The notes under the pieces: generated by a model
The model's input: the letters and a program-made list of their open reading frames with translations, nothing else
What the model was told of the DNA's origin: nothing
Database searches by the model: none
Program-made: the position numbers and the translations under genes
From: Macrostomum lignano
Lineage: Eukaryota
Reading direction: 5' to 3'
Assembly: GCA_002269645.1 (NCBI GenBank)
Contig: NIVC01000619.1
Span: 124,001 to 188,000, forward strand
DNA length: 64,000 nucleotides
Shown here: piece after piece, positions 28,865-40,739 of the stretch
Position numbering within the stretch: position 1 is the first letter of the stretch
Layout of the letters: each line of letters begins with the position of its first letter

Positions 28865-30078
28865 CTGAGGAAAGAATGGTTATGCCCCGCTTAGACTACT
28901 CTCGGGTTTTGTTCAGTAGTGTAACTGGCGCTGGTAGCCCAGGTATTGTTAAATTATTTGCGTGCATTCAATCTATCAAATTAGATAAATTCTCGTATTT
29001 CTTGCATCTCTCGCAACTGTCTGTCGTATATGTCGTGCTCCTTCCGTCTTTGTCAATTCGCTTAAACTCTAATTCAAAATATTCGGTGGGATCTGAAGAT
29101 CACTCTTCTATAACTTGAAGAGCAGCCAGTCAACTTCTATAGGTGAAGTATTCATAAATTTTAGCAGCCAAGTTGGTGTCTTAGACGTAATCCATTGTAT
29201 TACTATATCCATAGTAATCATCGATTAAAAGTAATACTAATAGAGCCCAAAATCTCTCGCCGTGACCTCTCGTTGGCTGAAATAGGCCGTTGACATAATT
29301 AGATACAAGTTAAAATACAAGGAGTTGGAAATGATGGTCGCGAGAACACACTTTTAGCCTAATTTCAACACAAATAGGAATTGGAAATGATGGTCCCTAG
29401 GCTTGTTAAGAGACCAAAATTATTGGGCCGCACACAGAATTGAACCAGAGTACATGAATGAGTACTGTGGCGCGAGATTAAAACGTGTTGCTGTTGACTC
29501 CATTTTGCTCCCTCTGCAAAGAGGCGAACAAATCCAATTGTTCGCTAATTCAAATAGGTCTGATCGACACTGAAGTATTTTTGTGGTCCAAATGGCCCAG
29601 AACTTGGATATTCCATGCAGTAAACTATTTGCCGTAGGAATCCATTCCAAATAGCTCACTTAAACTTAGCAAACAGCTTGTTTCATTTAATAAAATGGAT
29701 CAGTGCTCGGAGTGTGGAGTTCACTTTTTCTGTTGGAAAATTGGGCAGATCCGAATCGGATTTTAGCGACTTCGATGCACGATGCGGCATGAGAGCGACA
29801 AATCAATATCTGCAAGTAGCTCGTAAATGTATCTACCAGTATTCCACATGACCACTTGCAACTTTAAAAAAATTACAAAGCTCAAAAAACACAAATATTG
29901 ATATTATCGTTGCATTCGGTGCCTAATTAGATTATGCTTGTTGTTATATTGTATATTTAGTAAAATTAACTGATCAGTGAATAGGGGCTGTGAAGAGTCA
30001 GAGATCAAAATCCGGTCAGCTGTGAGTTGTCTGGATCTTCCGATCGATAAAGCGACTTCGATGTGCGGTGTGGCTCAT

Positions 30079-30261
30079 CTAACCATGAAAATGAACGTGG
30101 AAGCCCTTCTTCCTCAGCTTCGGGAACTGCTCCTCTGACATCTTGGAATCGTCGGAGTCGGACGGATCCTCCTTCGACTCGCTTTCGGCCTTGGCCTCTG
30201 AGGGTTCGACAACGACCAGGGCTGCGAGCACCAGAAGTCCGAGAACCAGTTGCCACTTCAT
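30079..30261 (-). CDS. His-rich amidated peptide precursor, copy 1 (type A, ...RKK-GFHVHFH-G*)
   Basis: 60 aa: hydrophobic signal, acidic spacer, RKK, C-terminal Gly; TATA and CACGTG upstream. Confidence 0.85.
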   Translation of the reverse strand: MKWQLVLGLLVLAALVVVEPSEAKAESESKEDPSDSDDSKMSEEQFPKLRKKGFHVHFHG

Positions 30262-31221
30262 GATTGCTTGAGTCGAGTCGATTCTTCGAGCTGTGTGTAG
30301 ATTGAGTCGAGTCTGAGCTTGTTGCTCTGAGCAGTCGGCAGCTACGAATTTATACGCATCGGATCAGCACGTGTTTCCGGTCCGTTGAGAGGCGTTGTTT
30401 GAGTTGAAGACTTTCGCATGAGCAGAGACAGGCGTTGTTTCAAACGAATATCATGTAGCGTATATTTGCTTGCTGACACCCGAGCAATCAAACGAGTACC
30501 GCTCTAGCTTTTTCTCAGTGCAAATTTATCTAACGCACGGCACTGCACTGCAGTCACTTGACTCAGTCGCATATTGAAGCCCAATGACGCTATCTATCGA
30601 CTGTGGAGAATAAATGCATGAAATCGAGATATCTACAGATTTTTTGGCTACTGTGTGTTGATTTCTGCAGTTTCTAATGGTAGTTCTGATTTGTCAGAGC
30701 ACGCTCGTGTTCAGAATTTCTTTGATTTTATTCCTTATTCGGTCAAGTACGCGGATTTCAGTCGCCGATTTCGTGTGATTGAGCGATGCGGAGAAACCAG
30801 ACGCATGTCCAGAAATGCATGGAAGCGTGCAATATGCCAGCTTATATTCTGACTTCGCCTTGTTCTGTCTACCGTTTTGCGGCAACTGCCGACTTTCCGC
30901 GTTTCCTTTGACACTCGCTTTGAACGTGACTGGATATTTTTTAATCATTTCAACTCCACTAAGCTCTCATTACAGGATTATTTGAATGGGGTTTAACAGT
31001 AGAAAGACCATGGGGGTGTATTTCAAATACACACATTTTTCCTTTGTCTGGATCTCCCAAAACTTTTCAAACAATTGCCATGAAAATCCAGAACACGGGC
31101 TAAAATTTTCCGCTCTATGCGATGAAGCAACTTCGAGAATCACGAAAAATCGGCATCGTCTAGATATTCAACAAAAACCACCAACATTGAGAAATATTTT
31201 CAACATTGAGAAAAAAATCTA

Positions 31222-31634
<413 letters not shown>

Positions 31635-31635
<1 letters not shown>

Positions 31636-33170
31636 TCTACACAGCCCTTGTGCCCTGATCGGCTTTGACAAATATAACAACCAGTACCATCTAACTAGGC
31701 AACCCCATGCAACTATAATATTTGTGTTGTTGAGCTTTTTAAATTTGCAAGTTGTGATGTTGAAGACTGGTAGATAAATGTGCGACGTACAGATAATAAT
31801 TTGTCGCTTTCATGACGCATCGTGCGTCAAAGTTGCAGACTGAACTCTAAATTCTGACTTGAATATGATGATGTAATAATGATGCGATGAAGATAATCTT
31901 AAATTCAACGTAAATGTGTTAACTTAGAGAGATACTTGTTCAGCAGTTTTTGGGTATACCTTCATTTTCCGGGTTTTTGAGTTTTACCGGGTACGATAAG
32001 TCAATAACTTGTGCATAATATCTCTGAGATTGTGAGTGCACTATTTACTTGGAAGGTGTGTTGTGTCCTTGGGCGGTCCGGCTGATGCTCCTAGATGAGA
32101 AGCTGAGCTTTCCGTGCTTTTTGAAAGATGACCGCTTTTAGCGGCTTTACTGAGTTTGCGCTGGGTGAACCGAGATGAGTAGGTAGCTGGTAAATGGAAA
32201 TCATTGAAGGCATCGTGCCGTAGACTTTGAATTTTCACAACTAGCTAAATGGAAGGCATGAGACCAAAACTTTGGTACCCTGCCATTGGGACCCACTTGG
32301 GATTCGGGAACCCTAGGCCGATGAGAGTGTTCAGCGATAGCGAGAGCAGTGCCGCTGGGTCAGATATTGACCATCAGGTCCTACTGTGACTGAATTCTAG
32401 CTCGTAACCTCTCTTCTAGCAAACCGGTGTATCAACGCAAAGGGGATAGAAGGCGGAAACGGGCGATACAATTGCCCTCGGCCTGTCCAGCGCTTGGTAG
32501 AGTCGAGTCACAGGCCAAAGGAAAGGCAAAGGCCGATACCAAAGTCGATGCAGTGCTTGGCCTTCTGCAAGCGGCGGTTCGGCGACCGTACCGACGTCTG
32601 TGCCATAGACTTTTAATTCCACAAAGGTCGAAATGAAAGATATGAGCCCAAAAATTTGGTACCCTGCCATTGGGACCTACTTGGAAGTTAGGGTAGAGCA
32701 TGTTAGACGAAGAGAGTCGGCTAACTGAAAAGTACGAGGCTGAATTGCAAAACATATTTGGAAGATGGAAATCCGAAACGCCCATAATGTTTTGAGCGCA
32801 TTTCAAGTAGTTTCAAATTGGCACAAATGAATAATATCCATATTTGATTGAATTTCTTCATTCAATGAATTTCTTTCTTCATGCATCAAAACTTCTCTGA
32901 TTACTTTAGTGCAAATTGTCTGCATGATCACTGGCAACTGGAAAAAAATTAACAAAGCTCAACACCACAAATATTATTGTTGCATTAAGTGTCTAATTAG
33001 CTTCTGCTTGTTGTTATATTTGGTAAAATTGTTCAGCGAATAAGGGCTTGTGTTAATTTCAGTTTACCATTCAGAATTGGGCGGTTTCAAATCAAAGTTT
33101 AAAGTTCGGTCAGCTGTGACTTGTCTTAATCTTCCGATCGATGAAGCGACTTCGATGTGCGATGTGGCTC
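31635..33170 (-). repeat. Segmental inverted duplicate of ~53020-54546 (spacer between a convergent gene pair)
   Basis: Identical shadow ORF translation at 32041-32238(-) and 53942-54139(+); flanks match in reverse complement. Confidence 0.9.
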
Positions 33171-33172
33171 AT

Positions 33173-33355
33173 CTAACCGTGAAAATGAACGTGGAAGCCC
33201 TTCTTCCTCAGCTTCGGGAACTGCTCCTCCGACAGCTTGGAATCGTCCGAGTCGGACGGATCCTCCTTCGACTCACTTTCGGCCTTGGCCTCCGAGGGCT
33301 GGGCGACGGCCAGGGTTGCAAGCACCAGAAGTCCGAGAACCAGTTGCCACTTCAT
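33173..33355 (-). CDS. Peptide precursor copy 2 (type A)
   Basis: MKWQLVLGLLVLATLAVAQPSEAK...RKKGFHVHFHG*. Confidence 0.85.
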   Translation of the reverse strand: MKWQLVLGLLVLATLAVAQPSEAKAESESKEDPSDSDDSKLSEEQFPKLRKKGFHVHFHG

Positions 33356-34312
33356 GATTGCTTGAGTCGAGTCGATTCTTCGAGCTGTGTGTAGATTGAG
33401 TCGAGTCTGAGCTTGTTGCTCTGAGCAGTCGGCAGCTACGAATTTATACGCATCGGATCAGCACGTGTTTCCGGTCCGTTGAGAGGCGTTGTTTGAGTTG
33501 AAGACTTTCGCATGAGCAGAGACAGGCGTTGTTTCAAACGAATATCATGTAGCGTATATTTGCTTGCTGACACCCGAGCAATCAAACGAGTACCGCTCTA
33601 GCTTTTTCTCAGTGCAAATTTATCTAACGCACGGCACTGCACTGCAGTCACTTGACTCAGTCGCATATTGAAGCCCAATGACGCTATCTATCGACTGTGG
33701 AGAATAAATGCATGAAATCGAGATATCTACAGATTTTTTGGCTACTGTGTGTTGATTTCTGCAGTTTCTAATGGTAGTTCTGATTTGTCAGAGCACGCTC
33801 GTGTTCAGAATTTCTTTGATTTTATTCCTTATTCGGTCAAGTACGCGGATTTCAGTCGCCGATTTCGTGTGATTGAGCGATGCGGAGAAACCAGACGCAT
33901 GTCCAGAAATGCATGGAAGCGTGCAATATGCCAGCTTATATTCTGACTTCGCCTTGTTCTGTCTACCGTTTTGCGGCAACTGCCGACTTTCCGCGTTTCC
34001 TTTGACACTCGCTTTGAACGTGACTGGATATTTTTTAATCATTTCAACTCCACTAAGCTCTCATTACAGGATTATTTGAATGGGGTTTAACAGTAGAAAG
34101 ACCATGGGGTGTATTTCAAATACACACATTTTTCCTTTGTCTGGATCTCCCAAAACTTTTCAAACAATTGCCATGAAAATCCAGAACACGGGCTAAAATT
34201 TTCCGCTCTATGCGATGAAGCAACTTCGAGAATCACGAAAAATCGGCATCGTCTAGATATTCAACAAAAACCACCAACATTGAGAAATATTTTCAACATT
34301 GAGAAAAAAATC

Positions 34313-34313
<1 letters not shown>
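33356..34313. repeat. Direct duplicate of 30262-31220 (upstream region of copy 1), offset 3094 bp
   Basis: Identical ORF translations at 30655/33749, 30694/33788 and 30779/33873. Confidence 0.95.
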
Positions 34314-34680
<367 letters not shown>

Positions 34681-35787
34681 GCTGGGGACACCTTCAATGT
34701 CAACCAGAAGTATCAATCGATAGTGAGTCACCATTTGCGAGACTGATAAACCAACTGACAGATGTATATTAATTAGTAAGCCGAGAAGGATCACAATGTT
34801 TTATATGTTGCTTCTGCCATTTTTAAATCGTTTGTACATGTATATTATTTATTTATGCGATTATACTTTGCTCATGGTTTGTACATATTAATGGATCCAT
34901 AGTTGGTTGGCTGACTTTGTTTTAAAGCGGTCAGTTCATTGTGTTGTTAAATAATCGTGTGTAAAGTGCATGCCGTTACCGTTCTGTATACGTTATAAAA
35001 TTTGTTTGTATAAATATTTAAGTGGTTTATTGACCAAGATTCCGTTGCTGGTTGTTGACGCCAAAACTGTGTCCAAGTCGTGTACATACAATTTCAGATG
35101 GGTCAAGATTTTAATCATGGCCGGTTGTTGTCAAACTTGTCCTCGTAGATGCCAAATGTGTGGATTATAATTGTCAATGTTGTTGTGCTAGTGACTGTAA
35201 TAAAAACTGTTAACATTGTGTATGTATGTATGTATGCGTCTGTTTGTCAAAGCTGTGCTCAATTGAGACAAATCTGTGCACATGACTAATAACCGATATA
35301 ACAGAAAAAATAAAAAATTCAAACCAGCATACGAACAATGGATAATAACTGTCAATAAGCTGATTAAAATTTTCGTTTAATTATAATATAGTTTCAATAA
35401 ACATATAGTTACAAAGGTGAGCAATTCGCTTTTTTGTATTCATTTTTTTCGTAGTGTCAGAAGTTGTCTGGTTCGCTTCATACTAAAAGTCAGTCAAATA
35501 GTTCGAGAAGGCACCGCGTCTGGACGAGGCAGCGTCTGAGTAACTGGGTGACCGAGTGTTGGTCGTAGTGTCCTGCTGTTCGAATGCAAGCAGTTGTCCA
35601 GAACAAAGATGGTTGACTGTTGGCGACCACACACCTGGCAGTCAGTGGTTGGGTAGCGGTATGCTATTGTAATACATTAATTTAAAATTTAGAAAGTAGA
35701 CAAACTAACAAAGAACCGAATTGTTTTGTGTTTTGAAATATATTTAAATGGGTGTATGGATAGATGTAGTCAGACGAGATAAAAAGA

Positions 35788-35790
35788 GGC

Positions 35791-35869
<79 letters not shown>
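35788..35869. repeat. (GA)n microsatellite
   Basis: Direct reading. Confidence 0.95.
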
Positions 35870-35872
<3 letters not shown>

Positions 35873-36194
35873 TGCATACATACTATTATACTATTATATT
35901 ATTTGAGTGACAATCAAACGGGTAGATTGGGAGACATAATGGGTAAAGTGCATGCATAGAGAAAGAGATAGAGACGGAGAGAGAGAGAGTACCACAGACA
36001 AATTTATATAGAACAGAACAATATTTACCATAGACAACTGCTCTAGAGAACAGTTTATGCTCAAACGAGGCAATGTTTTATAATGCGACGAGTCTGACTC
36101 GGTTAATATAATCACAGCATACCAGCTTTGTTAAAATCAACTGTTGTATAGTTTAGATATTATTATAGTCAATCAATCAATCAATCAGTCAATC

Positions 36195-36226
36195 ATGTCC
36201 GGTGACAACGGAAAAGTACAACAACA

Positions 36227-36290
<64 letters not shown>

Positions 36291-37127
36291 CAACAACATC
36301 TACAAGAGTCGCATCGTTGTCAGCTGAACACTGCCAATGATCATCTCGCCTGGGCAGACGACGTCTCAGACGCGGAGTTGGTCGCTGCGTGTGTATCGGT
36401 CGAACAACAACACACAACGCAGCAACCATTGATGAATGCGTCTGCATCGTATGCAGAGACCAGACGCACAGTGTCAGCGCTACATTCGGCAGGCGTCGAT
36501 TGGGCTGACCAGCTCGACGAAGCGATGCGCTGGTTAGATGGCGATTTGTACACAGCGAACGCGATTGTGACCGACGTTGCTGCGACATCGATGCCGTCTA
36601 TCTTGCGTAAGCGGCGTCATTCGTGCATCAGCCAAGAACACCAGGATGACATGGTCGTCGATCTTGATGCCGATATCGACATCCTGATCGACCCAGAGAC
36701 GATGGCAGAATGCGACGCACTAGAAGCAGCTTATTATGCTTCTATGTGCAGCAACGACGATGCCGCCAATCACAACATCGAACAGCCGCCAACTGATGCG
36801 ACTACTGACGATGCAAATGCGGCCGCCTCTGATGACATGTACATGTCAGATGCGGAGCTTGTTGCCGCATGCGAAGAGGTCGAGGCGACATTCCATCTGA
36901 GCGCCATCGATCAATGTGCACCACCGGACGAAGCGTTGGATAGCCCAATTAGTCAAGTCGACCCGTCCGTGTCGCTGTACGACTCCGATGGCAATCTGCT
37001 AGAGGAGTCCAGCTTTGCCGTTGATCGACGGTCAGTCGCCTGCCAGGTGGACATGTGTCGACCTCGTCGCAATCGCACCTGGACTCGACTGTACCGTAGA
37101 TGGCGTTCTCGTCGATCCACCGACTAG
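36195..37127 (+). CDS. Intronless acidic protein of unknown function (poly-Q N-terminus, two SDAELVAAC repeats, basic C-terminal tail)
   Basis: 310-aa open frame from ATG 36195; C-terminal motif shared with the split ORF at 40014-45032. Confidence 0.55.
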
Positions 37128-37213
37128 GTAGATGGATGGTGGTCGCTCGAGTCAGTACAATCGCGCGCGCGTGTTGTAGTCTGCTGCCGGTCCTGACCAG
37201 GCCGTGAATCTGG

Positions 37214-37246
<33 letters not shown>

Positions 37247-37286
37247 TGGCTGACTAATTAACTAGTTAGAAAATACTATATGAACC

Positions 37287-39134
37287 TCCTATGAGTTGTC
37301 TGTATGTATGTATATGGGTATGCGATTGATTTCAGAAAAAGTGGCTCAACCGATTTTTTTCAAACTTGCACCATTCGATCAGAAATTTTCCTGGGACGGT
37401 ACATGCATCTTGGCTAAGAAATTGCTCAATGTTAAAGGGATTAAATATTCGAAAAACATGCTTTTTTGCAAAGGTCAAGCAAAATTTTCAACTTGAAATG
37501 CATTGTAAGAATGCTAGAGAAAAACTGACTGACTGAATTACAATTCTGATAAAGATTGCATCACAACCAGTTGAAAACAGTGCCAAAGAAATGCACACAC
37601 GACTTGATTTAAATTGCGTAACCATATTGCTAACTTAAATTGAGACTGGTACTGGCTGACTGAGAAATTGATTATGTCATAAATTTTTACTCTAACCGAC
37701 TTGCTGTAAGAATTGAATTATAAGGGCCACAATTCATGTTCTCCAATTGAAAAGAGATAGCCTAGATGCAAACAGACTGGACTGCTAATGTAGCGACCTG
37801 GGTTCGAATCTTATTAGTGCAAAATAATTTTTAAATTAAAACACCTTAAAAACACAAAATGCAAAACATAAAAGAGCCACCATGTCAAACATTAGAGAGC
37901 CACCATGTCGAACATTAAAGAGCCACCATGTCAAAAATATACATGACTCCATGTCGAACATTCAAGAGCCACCATGTCAAACATATACATGACTCCATGT
38001 CAAACATTGAAGAGACACCATGTCGAACATAAAAAAGTCACCATGCGAAACATAAAGGAGCCACTATGTCAAATATTCAAGAGCCACCATGGCAAACACA
38101 TACATGACTCCATGTCGAACATTCAAGAGCCCCCCTGTAAAACATATACATGACTCCATGTCGAACATTCAAGAGCCACCATGTCAAACATATACGTGAC
38201 TCCATGTCAAACATTGAAGAGGCCCCATGTCGAACATTAAAGAGCCACCATGTCGAACATAAAAGAGCCATCATTTAAAACATATACATGACTCCATGTC
38301 AAACATTGAAGCGACACCATGTCGAACATAAAAGAGCCACCATGTCAAACATAAAAGAGACACCATGTCAAACATTAAAGAGACACCATGTCAAACATTA
38401 AAGAGCCACCATGTCAAACATTAAAGAGCCACCATGTCAAACATAACAGAGACACACCATTTCAAACGTAAAAGGGCCACCATGTCAAACATTAAAGTGC
38501 TACCATGTCAAACATAGAAGAGCCACCATGTCAAACATTAAAGAGCCACCATGTCAAACATAAAAGAGACACCATGTCAAACATTAAAGAGCCACCATGT
38601 CAAACATTAAAGAGCCACCATGTCAAACATAAAAGAGACACCATTTTAAATGTAAAAAGAAGCTTCATGCCAAACATAAAGGAGCCACTATAAAGCTAAG
38701 GATATTATTGCACTAGCTACTTATTGTCTTAGTGGATGCTTGCTATCTGAGGGATGCCTGCTATTGGGGAGATGCTTGCTATCTGGGGTAACTTAATATT
38801 GGAGGATGCTTGCTCTCGGGGTGGAGGGTTCTTTCTATCTGAGAGGGGGTTTGCTATCTGGAAGATGCTTCTTGCTATTGTATTTGGGGGTGCTTGCTAT
38901 TGTATTTGAGGGTGCCTGCTATTGTATTTGGGGGTGCTTGCTATTGTATTTGGGCGTGCTTGCTATTGTATTTGGGGGGCTTGCTATTTGGGGGATGCTT
39001 GCTATCTGGGAGATGCTTGCATGCTGTCTGGGGATGTTTTTTAAGAGGAAATGTCTGTTGTTTTTTTCGTTGTCTATTTGTTACTTGTAAAGATTCTATA
39101 CAGATGTCCATCATCGAAGGGGGAAGATTGCTAG
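37287..39134 (+). mobile_element. Solo copy of the non-autonomous Helitron (opposite orientation to units A-C)
   Basis: Same body, tRNA-like cassette and both minisatellites; ends ...GAAGATTGCTAG|T at 39134; 5' end eroded. Confidence 0.8.
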
Positions 39135-40327
39135 TTATTATCTGATAAGTTCATTCTATTGTTATTAATTTAACACTAGACTTTGATTGATATTAGTTAC
39201 ATTGTTTATGCATTACATATGTAAATATGAGTTGGGTTTTGAATACAACATGTTTGTTTTCACAAATCCATCACTGTACATTAGAATAATCCGTTCACCA
39301 ACTATATTATGCTAAAGTTATAACCAATGAACGTGTAACATGTCGATCGTTAAACCAATTAACTGTATAAATGAGGTGAGGTACAATATGGTGATAGAAG
39401 ATAGAACTGCAAAATTTAAGCCATGGTATTGGATTGAGTGTATGTACGAGAGACTGCTAGTAGTATATAGTATAGAGAGTGTACACGATGACGAGTGTCC
39501 TATTTGAGAATGAGGTTACCTACTAGGAGGAAAATGAAGATTAAAAAGATTAATGAGAATGGGATTGCCAATGCTAACGCGACTGAGACTGATTGAAAGT
39601 GCAGCATATTGAAAGTGATTATGAGAGACCATATGGAATATGAATTACGGACGGATGGTAACGTGATACGATCGTATGTTGAGTGCTTGTGTACATGCAG
39701 ACACAAGAGAATCGGTAACAATAAATTCTGATAATTGTGCAGATTGTGCATATTTTAGACAAGCATAAGTACAAATGCATAAGTACAACTATTCTGTACT
39801 CAGTAAAGTTCGTAAATATTAGAATTATAGATTGTTATTAATGATGACATAAACTATAATTTGTTCGCATCTGCTGCTTATCAGAAACTCTGTTATAGAT
39901 TCGGTATCTCGTTAATAATTAGTAATTAAATAATAATTCAGTCTAACTGTTTGTTGTATTGTCAGTCAAATTTAACAGCTTTTTTATTAACTAACTCACT
40001 CCAAAACATAATAATGGACCACTATGAGCCGAGATGTGACCACCTGGACGAGTCCGAGTCGACCTTCCCGCTACAAATGACTGTTGACCATGCTGACGGT
40101 GTCGACAATGTATTGTCTGACAGTGACACTGTCATATTAGACAACAGTGATGAAGCATACGACGGTATCGACGAGTCTGTAGATGGCAACACAACGTATT
40201 ATACGTGTAGTCCAATGTACTCGAATGGCGACTGTTGTTCAGTGACCAACGAGGAAATTGACGCAGCCGCCGACGCAGATGATCCGATGCTCGACAATCT
40301 CGACGGGGACGCCGACGAACAGATGAT

Positions 40328-40432
40328 GGTGGTGGTGGGGCACCCCACTACCGGGCGCGCCTGGCGCGCCTCCCAACGCTGCCACCTTCTCGCGGTGGGA
40401 CCGACTGGGCGCCCGCCCAGCAAAGTGCAGCA
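40328..40432 (+). ncRNA. Candidate HDV-like self-cleaving ribozyme at the LINE 5' end
   Basis: CCACC-TTCTCGC-GGT core resembles HDV P3/L3; GCTGC/GCAGC P2-like pairing; CTGGG/CCCAG hairpin followed by CAAA; P1 imperfect. Confidence 0.45.
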
Positions 40433-40556
40433 ACACCCCTGACCCTGGGAAGAGTGCAGAGCGCGCTTTCGGCGCGTCATTACCACGTCGGCATTCTTTT
40501 ACCAAGCTGGCCCTGGCTCCCCAGCCCACCTCGGCCAGCTTCTCATCCGGGCTGGA

Positions 40557-40580
40557 GACATCGAACAAAACCCGGGACCA
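40557..40580 (+). other. 2A-like ribosomal skipping motif DIEQNPGP
   Basis: LLIRAGDIEQNPG|P matches D(V/I)ExNPGP; in frame with the APE ORF. Confidence 0.85.
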
Positions 40581-40589
40581 GCCTTCCCG

Positions 40590-40739
40590 TGCGGAGCCTG
40601 CAATCAGAATGTCACCCGCAAAGACTACTCCACCCGCTGCTCCTCTTGCCTTCGCTGGTGGCACCGCCGTTGCAGCAACCTTAGCATAGCCGAAATCAAC
40701 ATCGGTCGTGACCGGAGACTTTGGCGGTGCGCAAACTGC
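40590..40739 (+). other. PHD finger (C4HC3) at the LINE N-terminus
   Basis: CGAC...CSSC...HRRC...WRCANC. Confidence 0.85.

Noticed and set aside
35480-35660. Cys/His-containing fragment on the minus strand (DCQVCG...CLH), RING-like
   Set aside because: Incomplete ligand set and broken frame; not enough to call.
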